Below, piece after piece: positions 10,303-21,569 of a stretch of DNA of 64,000 nt. The notes below the pieces were generated by a model. That model ran no database searches. It saw only the letters and a list, made by a program, of their open reading frames with translations, and was not told where the DNA came from. Position numbers and translations under genes: made by a program. This DNA is from Euprymna scolopes (Eukaryota): assembly GCA_053919585.1 (NCBI GenBank), contig JBSSHM010000258.1; one strand, written 5' to 3'. The first letter of the stretch is position 1; each line of letters starts with the position of its first letter.

Positions 10303-10885
10303 AGATTATCATTAATGTTAGTTTCTAAGTAAGATTATCATTAATGTTAGTTTCTAAGTAAGATTATCATTTGTTAGTTTCTAAGTAAGATTATCATTTG
10401 TTAGTTTCTAAGTAAGATTATCATTTGTTAGTTTCTAAGTAAGATTATCATTTGTTAGTTTCTAAGTAAGATTATCATTTGTTAGTTTCTAAGTAAGATT
10501 ATCATTTGTTAGTTTCTAAGTAAGATTATCATTTGTTAGTTTCTAAGTAAGATTATCATTTGTTAGTTTCTAAGTAAGATTATCATTTGTTAGTTTCTAA
10601 GTAAGATTATCATTTGTTAGTTTCTAAGTAAGATTATCATTTGTTAGTTTCTAAGTAAGATTATCATTTGTTAGTTTCTAAGTAAGATTATCATTTGTTA
10701 GTTTCTAAGTAAGATTATCATTTGTTAGTTTCTAAGTAAGATTATCATTTGTTAGTTTCTAAGTAAGATTATCATTTGTTAGTTTCTAAGTAAGATTATC
10801 ATTTGTTAGTTTCTAAGTAAGATTATCGTTTGTTAGTTTCTAAGTAAGATTATCGTTTGTTAGTTTCTAAGTAAGATTATCGTTT
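10303..10885. repeat. 27-bp tandem array (agattatcatttgttagtttctaagta), 21 full units plus a partial
   Basis: 2 x 29-bp variant, 17 x consensus, 2 x cgttt variant plus partial; stop codons in all six frames. Confidence 0.97.
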
Positions 10886-10892
10886 TTTTGTA

Positions 10893-10926
10893 TAAATTCG
10901 TGATTACCATAATAATCACGAATTTA
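10893..10926. promoter_or_regulatory. Perfect 14-6-14 inverted repeat (operator or recombination-site-like)
   Basis: taaattcgtgatta-ccataa-taatcacgaattta; palindrome seen directly, function inferred. Confidence 0.5.
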
Positions 10927-11040
10927 ACTTTTATGTAAAATTAGGAGAAATTAGAGGATTCTTCTGGTTAATTTAACGACTTTTTAAAAATTTTGTTTTG
11001 TTATGTTCTTTTTTTTAAAAATCAATTGGAGTGGTTCGTT

Positions 11041-12075
11041 ATGATACCGAGTACAGCCTTATTTGTGATTGGCATTCAAGGAACAATGATAAGTTCCGAT
11101 GAGAAATATTGGTTACAACATCCGTTGACTGCTGGAGTTATTTTATTTGCTAGAAATTATGAAAGCCCTGAACAAATTCAATTGTTGATTCAGACATTAA
11201 GGAATACGGCAAAGCATGATATTCTTATTATGGTTGATCAAGAAGGTGGGCGAGTTCAACGTTTTATTAAAGGGTTTACCAAAATCCCTCCTATGGCTGA
11301 TTTAGGGGTGATTTATGATAAAAATCCTGAAAATGGACTTCTTTTTAGCACAGCTTTGGGTTATGTGTTGGCTTATGAAATTGCACAGTGTGATGTTGAT
11401 TTTAGCATTGCTCCTATGCTGGATGTGGAAACGTCTGTATCAAATAGTAATGTGATTGGGGATAGAGCATTTAGCAAGGATATTGGCAAAATTTTCCCAT
11501 TAGCCAAAGCATTTTATCAAGGAATGCGTGAGGCTGGAATGAGTGGAGTGGGTAAACATTTTCCCGGTCATGGACATGTTTCTGCTGATTCGCATGAATC
11601 TCTGCCAATTTATGATGGGGATTTTGCTAGTTTGGAGGAAAATGACCTGCCCCCTTTTAAAGATTTAATTCATGCAGGCATCCCTGCAATAATGCCTGCT
11701 CATATACTTTATTCTCAAGTTGACCCAGATTTTCCTGCGGGTTTTTCTACTATATGGTTGAATGAAATTTTACGCAAAAAGCTTAATTTTTCTGGTTGTA
11801 TTATTAGTGATGATTTGAATATGGCTGGCGCTTCTGCTTATGGAAATATGGCTAAACGTGTTGCTTTAGCTACAAGAAATTGTGATTTGATTTTGGTGAG
11901 CCATCCTCCTGAAGATATCAAGAAGGCATTTGAGAGTCAGATTCCTTGGGAGAATCCTTTGAGACAGAAAAGAATTAATGCATTGCGAAGAAATAAAGAA
12001 GCTCTTAGTGCTCAGCTGTATAAAGACAAGTTGAATTTACTTAAAAAGCATGCGATTGTTACTTCTATTTCATAA
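11041..12075 (+). CDS. nagZ: Beta-N-acetylhexosaminidase (GH3)
   Basis: VDQEGGRVQR, KHFPGHG..DSH, SDDLNMAG; ATG 11041 preferred over TTG 10993. Confidence 0.95.
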   Translation: MIPSTALFVIGIQGTMISSDEKYWLQHPLTAGVILFARNYESPEQIQLLIQTLRNTAKHDILIMVDQEGGRVQRFIKGFTKIPPMADLGVIYDKNPENGLLFSTALGYVLAYEIAQCDVDFSIAPMLDVETSVSNSNVIGDRAFSKDIGKIFPLAKAFYQGMREAGMSGVGKHFPGHGHVSADSHESLPIYDGDFASLEENDLPPFKDLIHAGIPAIMPAHILYSQVDPDFPAGFSTIWLNEILRKKLNFSGCIISDDLNMAGASAYGNMAKRVALATRNCDLILVSHPPEDIKKAFESQIPWENPLRQKRINALRRNKEALSAQLYKDKLNLLKKHAIVTSIS

Positions 12076-12121
12076 ATTTTCTTTAAGAAGCCAAGCTAAC
12101 ATCCGTTGAAGATGAGAATTA

Positions 12122-12198
12122 TGGGGCGAATGACGGGGATCGAACCCGCGACAACAGGAGTCACAATCCTGTGCTCTACCAACTGAGCTACATCCGCC
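12122..12198 (-). tRNA. tRNA-His(GTG)
   Basis: Reverse complement has cagga-ttGTGac-tcctg anticodon arm, G-1, 3' CCA. Confidence 0.96.
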
Positions 12199-12248
12199 GT
12201 AAAATGAGAGTTACCTTGTTAATTATACTTTTAACTTTTTGCTTATCG

Positions 12249-13355
12249 TTAGATTGCAGAGTGAAAAAAGTATAATGCTTTTTGGATGATGTCTTTAATT
12301 CTATCGTATTCAGAGTAGTCTTCACGATTGTTTTTGTAGGAGTGGTAAACTTGACGCCAATTGTCTTTAAATACTATCTTTTTCTTTTTACTTGCTTCAA
12401 TATTTAGAGTATAGATTTTTTTGAGCAAATGATTGTCATCAGTGGCTAAAATGTCATGAGAATGCATGGATAATTGAACTTTTATAACATCCTTTCCACT
12501 ATTGGCAACGTTTTTAAATCCTAATTCCTCCAAAGTGCTTTCAATATAGCTTCGGTATTCACGCAAATTGTTATCAAGATTGATTTGTATTTTTTGTGTT
12601 TCTAAAGAAGGTTGCATAAATGATATGAAGTACTCCCTATGCTCTCCCGGATTTAGATAGATATTTCCTTGAATAGTTAAGAAATTCCCCGGTTTGGTGA
12701 TTTTAAATGTGTGCCAACCCGGTAGTAAGTTGTCTATTGTTTGAATATCTTTGAAATGATTGCCGTTGAATTGTATATCTATTTCTTGGATTTCTCCAGT
12801 AAAGCTGATGCTTGATCGTTGAGTGAGTTTTTTTAAGTTTTGTTTTAAATCCGTGTATTCTTGACGATGCTGTTGTTGTATTTTATTGAGTATAACGCCT
12901 AAATTTAAAGAAATAAGAAGATCGAGTCTTTGTAATTTCTTGTTGATTTCTTTTAGTTCTCCTGCCTGCCAGTTATTTGCATCGCCTATATCCTTATAGA
13001 TGTCTGTTTTTAGGTAATTAAGCATAGAAAAGTAGTCATCTGACATTAAGCGGATAACTACATTGGTTTTTTTTCCATCTCTGCTTCTTCCTAGATTTTG
13101 TATGGATAAGTGTTTGCTGTCAATATAGAGATCGTCTAGTGTAATATAACGAGAATTATTCGGCAATTGGCTATATAATCGTTTGGCAATTTTTCCTTGT
13201 GCCTTGTGAATGGCTTCTTTAATATTAGCCCCCTCACCTGTTTCTTTGAATAAAAGGTTGTTGACATAATCCTCTGCTTTTGATTGTGAAGTTAGTATGG
13301 CAAAAGCAACAAAGAATACAATGTAATAAATATTCTTATCTCTAATTTTTAACAT
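12249..13355 (-). CDS. Hypothetical exported protein, possibly with a PEGA-like domain
   Basis: Signal peptide; LLPGWHTFKITKPG resembles a PEGA-type strand. Confidence 0.5.
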   Translation of the reverse strand: MLKIRDKNIYYIVFFVAFAILTSQSKAEDYVNNLLFKETGEGANIKEAIHKAQGKIAKRLYSQLPNNSRYITLDDLYIDSKHLSIQNLGRSRDGKKTNVVIRLMSDDYFSMLNYLKTDIYKDIGDANNWQAGELKEINKKLQRLDLLISLNLGVILNKIQQQHRQEYTDLKQNLKKLTQRSSISFTGEIQEIDIQFNGNHFKDIQTIDNLLPGWHTFKITKPGNFLTIQGNIYLNPGEHREYFISFMQPSLETQKIQINLDNNLREYRSYIESTLEELGFKNVANSGKDVIKVQLSMHSHDILATDDNHLLKKIYTLNIEASKKKKIVFKDNWRQVYHSYKNNREDYSEYDRIKDIIQKALYFFHSAI

Positions 13356-13370
13356 GATTTTACTTGTTAG

Positions 13371-14387
13371 TTAAATAGTTTTGGAGTAAAAAGCCAGTGT
13401 TTGATTGATAGATGGGAGGTTTTGTATTTGAGCATAGAGGCGATCAATGCCCATTGCTACACCACTTACTGGTGCCATTTTTTCAATGGAATCAATTAGC
13501 GGTTGGTCAATTGACATGGTAGGTAATTTTCGCTGTTGTCTTTCTTTAATGTCGTGTTGCATTTTTCTATAAATATTATGTGGGCAAGTGTCTTCTTCCC
13601 AACCATTGGCAAGTTCAATGCCGTTGTAGTATAGTTCAAAACGTTTGGCAACACAAACTTTGCTAATAGATGGCGAGGGGGAAAGTTTTGCCATCATGGA
13701 AAGATCTTCTGGATAATCATAGACTACGGTGATTTGATTACTCCCTTGCTTGGTTTTGAAGTTTGTTTCTATTACTTGACTCCATAGAAGTTGTTTCCAT
13801 AATTTATCATCTTGTTCCCCTACCCCTATGACTTCAGGGGCGTTTTCTTGAAAACGGTAGTAAACTTCTTGCCATTTTATTGTATCATCGTAAATGGATT
13901 CCCCTACATAGCGTTCAAAACACTCTTGATAGCTTATTTTTGTAATATGAATCTCTTGTTTAGCAGAATTCTTTCTATTAAGTATATCAATTAATTGAAT
14001 GACTTCATCACTAAGTTGTTGCCAATCAAAGCCATGGCGGTACCATTCTAGCATAGTAAATTCAGGTTGATGTTGTGAGGCTGGGTAATCATCTCTAAAA
14101 ACTTTTGTTAGGCTGTAAATATCTAGCTTGGGATACTTTGCAATATATTGTTTGAGATAGCTCTCGGGAGAAGTTTGTAAATAGCCTGTATGATGGCTAC
14201 TAGCGGAATACGAAATTGAGTTTGTAAATGCATCGGTAGCTGTGTAGTTTCCAAGTATTGGGGTCTCAATCTCTAAAACATTTCTATCAATGAAAAATTC
14301 TCTGATAAGAGCATGGTATTGAGCACGTTTTTTTAATGTTGATGGAGATGCTCCAATGCACCATTTCAACTTGATGTCAGAATCCAT
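13371..14387 (-). CDS. epmA: EF-P lysine aminoacylase (class II LysRS-like)
   Basis: YLQTSPE, HQPEFTMLEWYR, GIELANG, GVAMGIDRL; adjacent to efp. Confidence 0.93.
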   Translation of the reverse strand: MDSDIKLKWCIGASPSTLKKRAQYHALIREFFIDRNVLEIETPILGNYTATDAFTNSISYSASSHHTGYLQTSPESYLKQYIAKYPKLDIYSLTKVFRDDYPASQHQPEFTMLEWYRHGFDWQQLSDEVIQLIDILNRKNSAKQEIHITKISYQECFERYVGESIYDDTIKWQEVYYRFQENAPEVIGVGEQDDKLWKQLLWSQVIETNFKTKQGSNQITVVYDYPEDLSMMAKLSPSPSISKVCVAKRFELYYNGIELANGWEEDTCPHNIYRKMQHDIKERQQRKLPTMSIDQPLIDSIEKMAPVSGVAMGIDRLYAQIQNLPSINQTLAFYSKTI

Positions 14388-14417
14388 TTTTTTTTGACAA
14401 TATGATGAGTGGTGATG

Positions 14418-14990
14418 CTATTTGTTTTTCACACGAGAGACATAACTTCCATCACGAGTATCAATTTTGATGACTTCTTCTTGATCAATAAATAAAGGAA
14501 CTTGAATGGTTACGCCATTGCTTAGTGTTGCCGGTTTTGTAGCTCCACCAGTTGTATCACCTTTTAATCCAGGTTCAGTTGAAGTAACTTGAAGTTGAGC
14601 AAAAGTGGGTGGAGTGATACTTATTGCTTGTTCATTCCAAAATATAACTGTACATTCGTCTTGTTCAACTAGCCAAACCCCCGTTTCACCTACGGATTTA
14701 GCATCTGCTTGATATTGTTCGTAACTGGAAGAATCCATGAAGTGCCAAAATTCACCGTCATTATACAAAAATTGTAATTCTAGTTCCATTACATCAGCTG
14801 TTTCAACAGATTCGCCTGATTTAAATGTTTTTTCAAGCACTCTGTTTGTGAGTAAATTTCTATAATTTACACGTATAAACGCTTGTCCTTTACCGGGTTG
14901 AACATGATCATAAGAAATAATGTTGCATGGTGCACCATCTTGAATGATTTTTAGACCATTCTTAAATTCATTTGTTTTTATTGTTCTCAT
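14418..14990 (-). CDS. efp: Elongation factor P
   Basis: PGKGQAF motif, PGLKGDT, IDTR..YVSR. Confidence 0.97.
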   Translation of the reverse strand: MRTIKTNEFKNGLKIIQDGAPCNIISYDHVQPGKGQAFIRVNYRNLLTNRVLEKTFKSGESVETADVMELELQFLYNDGEFWHFMDSSSYEQYQADAKSVGETGVWLVEQDECTVIFWNEQAISITPPTFAQLQVTSTEPGLKGDTTGGATKPATLSNGVTIQVPLFIDQEEVIKIDTRDGSYVSRVKNK

Positions 14991-15115
14991 GTTTTGTCTA
15001 TAAGTTTTTGATTTTAAACGATATTCAAATATTCTTAAAGTTTTTTACTTTTAAAGTTGTATTGATGGGCTTTTTTGTTGAATCCTTATTTTTTATTATT
15101 AGAGGAGATAGCATG

Positions 15116-16210
15116 TTATTTATTGTAACGGAGCAGTTGAGGATGTATCCATACTCCATTTTCTTGTATGAGTTCACCATCAAGGTAGACTTTTCCATTA
15201 GCTTCTTGATGACGAATAATCAAATCCCAATGTATACTGGAATCATTACCATTAGGTGCTTCATCATAACATTTGCCTAAAGCCATATGATTACTGCCCC
15301 CTATTTTTTCATCGAAAAGAATTGAATTTACTGGGGTTTGTATCATCTTATTGGTACCAAAAGCGAATTCTCCAAGATAGCATGCTCCTTCATCTGTATC
15401 AAGTATTTGTTGTAAATCATTTCTGTTATCACTATCAAAATCTATGACTTTACCTTCTTTAAATACCAAGCTTATCCATTGAAAGTCTTTTCCCATGTAT
15501 TGAGTGGGGGTATTGAAGTGTATATGTCCATTAACTTTGTTTCGATGAGGGGAAGTGAAAATTTCACCATCAGGCATATTGTGAATACCGTGGCATTTTA
15601 TCCAGTTTTGTCCACGAATATCAAGTTTGAGATCCGTGTTGTCTGCCACAATATGAACTTCTTTAGCTTGCTTAAGTAATTCTTTTAAGGCTTGTTGCTC
15701 ATCGCTAATTTTCTGCCAATCAATTAAGCATGCTTTAAATACAAAATCTTCCCATTTTTCAACACTTTGTTTGGCATTATTGGCTGATACTGTTGTCGGA
15801 TATTCAAATAAAACCCAACGTTTTTTGTGCAAAATATCAGAAATGGTTTTATTAACTTTTCTATGCCGTATGATTTTTGCTGATCGATTTGTGCCAATTC
15901 GGCACTGTTTCTATCAGCTAGAATCTGAATCATTGCATCGGTATTTTTTGCTTCAAGAATCTTGTGTTCTTGAGGAGGAAAGTCCAATTGCTTAGTATCT
16001 GCATTTTCATAGAATATTCGTGTTAGTTCAGCATCCACGTAATTTGTATGAGCAATGCCCCCCTACTTTGATACATTCACGATAAATTTCTTTCAATAAT
16101 GGGTAACCTTCCATACCGTAAAGAATAATCAGCACATTTTCACCTGCTTGTAATTTAATTGAGTAGTTGACTAATAATTTTGCTAATTCAGAGAGTCTTT
16201 TATCTTGCAT
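15116..16210 (-). CDS. M29 (AmpS/AmpT-type) aminopeptidase, split by two frameshifts
   Basis: Consecutive ORFs 16028-16210, 15724-16038, 15116-15832; NMPDGEIFT, GEFAFG, LFDEKIGG..HMALG, SIHWD. Confidence 0.88.
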
Positions 16211-16221
16211 AGTATGGATAG

Positions 16222-16732
16222 TTAGTTTGTTTTAATAATAATGGGAATAATATTGAATGTTTTTTCAATGTTTTGAGCGATTTTTCTTGCTGCTTTTTTA
16301 TCGCTAATTTCTTGCTCTAGTCGAACTGCATAGATGTTTGATGTGGTTTTTCTTTGTTTATATAGTTTGGTATTGTAGTTATTTTTTTTCAACATTTTTA
16401 TCAATTCTTGAGCATAGTTTTTTTCACTATAAGAAGCTATTTGGACAATCCATACAGGGTTTTCTTGCTTGGGGTCAATTTTTGTTATAGTCGATTCACT
16501 TTGTTTAATCTCTTTAGCATTATTAGGCAAAGTGATTTTACGAACAATAACTTTATTCGTCAATTCGTTTTTTGTTGATTAGTTATTTCTTTGTGTTGCT
16601 TTCAGAAGATTGTTTGTTTGTTTGATTAGAATCTATATTTGAAGAAATAAACACAATTAAGCTAATCAATACAATAATGGAACCAATCCATATTGTTGCA
16701 CCAATTAATAGTGCTTTAAATTCTAGATTCAT
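16222..16732 (-). CDS. dedD: SPOR-domain cell division protein, frameshifted
   Basis: N-terminal TM helix from ATG 16732 ([15 protein letters not shown]..), SPOR-like WIVQIASYS; downstream of folC. Confidence 0.65.
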
Positions 16733-18090
16733 CGGCAAGATACTCACGTTTCAATCTTTGTGTTTTTAATGGCATTTTAACTAACCCTATTAATAGGAAT
16801 GATCCGAAAACCACGTACCTACTATCAGAATTATCTTTGTTTTGATTGATTTTGTGTATAAAATCATTTTCTTGGTAAAATTCGATAGCATTAAGCTTGA
16901 CTCCATTTTTTATTAAAGCTTGTAGGATTTGATCTTTTTTCATTGCTCGAATAGTGTCTGTAAGCTCAACGATGTGCCATGTATGAATAATGGGTTGGGC
17001 AAGTTTTATAATCGTTTCAACCTCTTTATCATCCAAACATGTAAAAATCGCATCAATTTTTTTTTCATTAGATAGGTGAGATAAAACAGAGACCAAATTA
17101 TTCACAGACTCTGGATTATGTGCAACATCTAACCAACCTTGTATACTGTCATAATGAAAAGGCTCTAAACGACCAAATCGTTGCATAGTTTTCAATGCTA
17201 AATTTGTCGCATCAGAATTTAATTCAATGGCAATGCTCATCAAACTAGTTATGGACAAGGCTAAATTATTTAATCTAACGATTTGAGATTGATAGGGTTT
17301 TTCTAAAAAGTTCATAAAATTAATGCTAAGACTCTTTTTTTTTGCTTTATCTTTATCTTCATAGGTATAAATCTCTCTCTCTATATCTATGCAAAAATCT
17401 TGTTTATTAAGCAATATATTGGCATTTTTTTGCTTGGCGATCTGCAAACATTCATGAGGTAATTCAGATGCTAAAATCACGGTTTTATTTATTCTTAATA
17501 ATTCCTGCCTTTTCCTGAGCAATTTTTTCTAAAGATCTCCTAACCATGTTTATGCTCGAGGCTAATTGAGGTGATAATTGCACAATCATTTTCAATGATA
17601 TTGGTTGCATCTAAACGACCACCTAGCCCAACTTCAAGAATAATCAGTGTACACTGAAGTTGTTTAAGCACCATAGTGCACATAAGGTTGTGAACTCAAA
17701 GTAGCTTAGAGTAATATTGTGTTTTTTTGCAACAATGAAAAACAGTATTGAACGCTTCTAACAAGTATTCATCACTTATATTACCACCATTGATACGAAT
17801 TCTCTCATTAAAAGAAACTAAATGTGGAGAAGTATAAAGCCCTACTTCTCTTGATGTGCAAGAGCAATGCTCTCCGTAAAATAACAAGTTGTTCCTTTGC
17901 CATTACTACCTGCCACAGTAATAATCTTAGTTGATTCTGAGAATTTAGTGACTTGTAGGAGTTTAGCAGCCTGATTGACTGCCTCTAATCCGGGGTTAAT
18001 TAGATGAGAAGGTGCATTTTCCTCTAACCCAAGCAAAAGCTTCTTTTATAGATTGAAAAGTAAGCAAGAAAGTTAAGTGTTAAAATGACA
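16716..18090 (-). CDS. folC: Dihydrofolate/folylpolyglutamate synthase, multiple frameshifts; start approximate
   Basis: Fragments [40 protein letters not shown]. Confidence 0.9.
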
Positions 18091-18098
18091 AATATAGC

Positions 18099-18981
18099 TT
18101 AGATGCTTGCCATGGATGGCTGGTCTTTCAATATGCACAGTATTTCGTATATTTTTATTGGCAGACGACTACGTTTGACCACCATATCAATCGCACCATG
18201 TTCGAGCAAAAATTCACTGGTTTGAAAGCCTTCTGGAAGATTTTCTCGTACAGTTTGTTCAATTACTCGGCGACCTGCAAAACCAATGGTTGCTTTAGGT
18301 TCTGCAATGATAATATCACCTAGCATGGCAAAACTAGCAGAGACCCCTCCCATCGTTGGATCGGTGAGTACAGAGATAAAAGGAACTCGTTGTTTATTCA
18401 TTTGCTTAATTATTGCACTGGTTTTAGCCATTTGTGTCAGTGAAAACATGGACTCTTGATTCTTGCTCCACCACTTGATGAAAAGCAGATAAAAGGATTA
18501 TTCTATCTAAAGCATATTGTGCCGCTCGAACAAATTTTTCACCAACCACTGCCCCCATAGAGCCACCCATGTAGGTAAATTCAAACGCTGCAGTAACCAC
18601 GGATAATCCTTTTAGTGTGCCAGCAATACAAATAAGTGCTTCTTTTTCTTGGGTGTTTTTTGTAGCTTTGCTAATTCTATCGGTATACTTGACGCTGTCT
18701 TTAAATTTGAGTACATCAACTGGCGTAAGATAGGGGGATAGTTCAAGTTGATTCTCTTCATCTAAGAAGGATTCTAAGCGTTTGCGAGCAGTAATACGCA
18801 TGTGGTGTCCACATTCGGGCAAACATAGGCTTGTTTTTCCACTTCATTGTGATAGAGCGTGGCATCACAAGCATTACATTTTAACCACAGCCCTTCGGGA
18901 ACATTCAGTTTTTGCTCCATTTTCTTCTTCATCATGTTCCCATAAAATCTTTTTAGGGTTTAATTTGTCTAACCAATTCAT
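18099..18981 (-). CDS. accD: Acetyl-CoA carboxylase carboxyltransferase beta subunit, frameshifted
   Basis: MNWLDK start, zinc finger, [34 protein letters not shown]. Confidence 0.95.
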
Positions 18982-19009
18982 AATTGTTTTTATTCACTTA
19001 TAGCATTTT

Positions 19010-19795
19010 TTAATTTTGCAGTAAACTGCCCGACTTTTTTATCCCACTACTCACATCACTATTATAATCTGCCAGTAAGCTGATTATTTGGGAACCAACG
19101 ACTATTCCATCAGCATGTTTAGAAAGTTGCTTAGCACTCTCTACATCTTTTACTCCAAAACCAACTATGACTGGGATATCAGTATGATTTTTTATTTGAC
19201 TAATTGATTCGCCAATTGCTTTTTGTTGAGATTGTAAAGAATCACTACCTGTTACTCCTTTAAGGGCGACGTAGTATATAATCCAGAGGCATATTTTATA
19301 AATATTTCTGTCTTTCTTTAGAAGTGGTTGGAGCAACCAAAATAATGCGAGCAATTGCATTATTCTCACATATTCTACCCCAAGTATCTTTAGGTTCCGG
19401 CTGTAAGTCAACCGTTAGTAAACCATCAACACCATTCTCTTTAGCTTGCTTAGCATAGTTTTCCCAACCAAAAGCTTCAATTGGATTGGCATAACCCATT
19501 AATACTAATGTGTATGTTGATTATTTTTTCTAAATTCAGCAACTAAAGAAAGTACTTTTTCTAAATTCATGCCATTCTTAATGGCAGTAAAACTGGATTG
19601 TTGAATAATTGGTCCATCAGCGACAGGATCAGAAAATGGTACACCTATTTCTATAATATCAGCACCATTTTCAACCAATGCATGTAGTAGTGGTAATGTA
19701 CTTTCTTCGGTAGGATATCCCGCTGTAATAAAGGGGATTAGAGCCACTTTTTCTTTTGACTTCAGTTCGTTAAATAGATGATTGATTCGGGACAT
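19010..19795 (-). CDS. trpA: Tryptophan synthase alpha chain, frameshifted
   Basis: EIGVPFSDPVADGP, MGYANP, GVTG, VGFGV across three ORF fragments. Confidence 0.95.
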
Positions 19796-19825
19796 AAGTG
19801 AATAGATAAAAATAATCTGTTTTTT

Positions 19826-21033
19826 TAGTTTACATTTGTCTTTTTTTTCAATAGTACGTACAGAGTCTATATCTTTATCACCTCTTCCTGATAAAACAGA
19901 CAATGATGTGTTTATCTTTAGATAAATTTTGTGCTATTTTTTTTGCATAAGCCAAAGCGTGACTGGTTCAAGTGCAGGGATAATGCCTTCTGTACGAGTC
20001 ACCTCATAAAAAGCCTCTATTTTTCATGATCATCAGCATAGGAGTATTTTACACGTTTCATATCTTTAAGATAGGAATGTTCAGGCCCTACTCCGGGATA
20101 GTCTAAACCTGCTGAGATTGATTGGGTATCCATTATTTGCCCATTATCATCCATCATCAAGTAAGTGCGATTACCATGCAAAATCCCAGGTTTTCCAGCA
20201 CATAAAGGAGCAGCATGTTGATTGTTAGAAAGCCCTAGTCCGCCTGCCTCAACACCATGAATTTCTACCTCTTGATCGTTTAGAAAGGGGTAAAATAATC
20301 CCATTGCATTTGAACCCCCGCCAACGCAAGCAACCAGAATATCAGGTAATTTACCAATTTGGGCAACACTTTGTTCACGAGTTTCTTCACCTATAATTTT
20401 TTGAAAATCTCTTACCATCTCTGGATAAGGATGTGGACCAGCAACTGTACCAATAGCATAAAAAGTGTTATCAACATTTGTTACCCAGTCTCTCAATGCT
20501 TCGTTTAGAGCATCTTTTAAGGTGCGTGTTCCAGACTTTACTGGTACTACTTCTGCTCCTAGAAGTTGCATACGATAGACGTTAATGGCTTGACGGGAAA
20601 CATCTTTTTCACCCATGTACACCACACAGGGGATATCTAACAAGGCTGAGACGGTAGCACTTGCAACACCATGTTGTCCTGCTCCTGTTTCTGCAATAAT
20701 GCGTGTTTTACCCATTTTTTTAGCCAGTAAAATTTGACCAATGGTATTATTAATCTTGTGTGCACCAGTGTGGTTAAGATCTTCTCGTTTAAAATAAATT
20801 TGTGCCCCACCAACTTGATTGGACCATTTTTTTGCATGGTATAGAGGGGTTGGACGCCCAACATAAGAAGTTAAAAGATTTTTTATTTCGGCAAGAAATT
20901 GAGGGTCGTTTTTATATTTCTCATAAGCTTTGGTGAGTTCATCAAGTGGGTAGATTAGATTTTCAGCAACAAAACGTCCGCCAAATTCCCCAAAATATCC
21001 TTGTGAGTCTGGATTTTGAAAAAAGTCTTTCAT
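19826..21033 (-). CDS. trpB: Tryptophan synthase beta chain, C-terminal frameshifts; end approximate
   Basis: [45 protein letters not shown] in shifted frame. Confidence 0.96.
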
Positions 21034-21055
21034 AGTATGTTTTTGATCATGCATA

Positions 21056-21451
21056 TTAATGGGATAGGATTTCAATTTCATAGCCGTCAGGGTCTCTAAT
21101 AAATGCCATGAGTGTATTACTGTCTTTTAGTACATAGGGTTCTAGCATGATTTCACCCTCAAGCTCATTAATTTTTTCACGGAAATTTTCAATAAACTCT
21201 TTGACATTTGGTACAGAAATAGCAATATGCCCATAAGCATTTCCCCTCTGGTATTCTGTTTTCCCCCAGTTGTAAGTAAGCTCTAAAACCGTTGTGTCAT
21301 TTTCCTCTCCATAACCCAAAAATGCCAAAGTAAACTCACCACTAGGATAGTCTTTTTGTCTTAATAGTTGCATACCCATTACTTGGCTATAAAAATCAAT
21401 GGATTGTTGCAAATTCTTTACCCTTAACATGGTGTGTAAAATACGCATCAT
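21056..21451 (-). CDS. gloA: Lactoylglutathione lyase (glyoxalase I)
   Basis: [32 protein letters not shown]. Confidence 0.95.
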   Translation of the reverse strand: MMRILHTMLRVKNLQQSIDFYSQVMGMQLLRQKDYPSGEFTLAFLGYGEENDTTVLELTYNWGKTEYQRGNAYGHIAISVPNVKEFIENFREKINELEGEIMLEPYVLKDSNTLMAFIRDPDGYEIEILSH

Positions 21452-21521
21452 TACATTCTTTATAAGTTACTAAATTAATAGAGCTTTGCAAACAGCTTTA
21501 TAATTTTCACAAAGTATGTGG

Positions 21522-21569
21522 GTAAATGAGAATAGTTTTATAACACATCATCTCATGAGAATCATTCGC
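21522..21569. promoter_or_regulatory. Two Fur-box-like sites
   Basis: gtaaatgagaatagtttta (12/19) and tctcatgagaatcattcgc (13/19) versus GATAATGATAATCATTATC. Confidence 0.4.

Noticed and set aside
10303-10885. CRISPR array
   Set aside because: Repeats are contiguous with no unique spacers, and there are no cas genes in the window
10303-10885. Coding 9-aa repeat protein
   Set aside because: The unit has a stop codon in all six frames
12122-13355. Genomic island integrated at tRNA-His or tRNA-Arg
   Set aside because: No integrase and no duplicated tRNA 3' end seen
15116-21033. True pseudogenes
   Set aside because: Essential genes are affected, motifs are intact, and the indels cluster regionally like sequencing error
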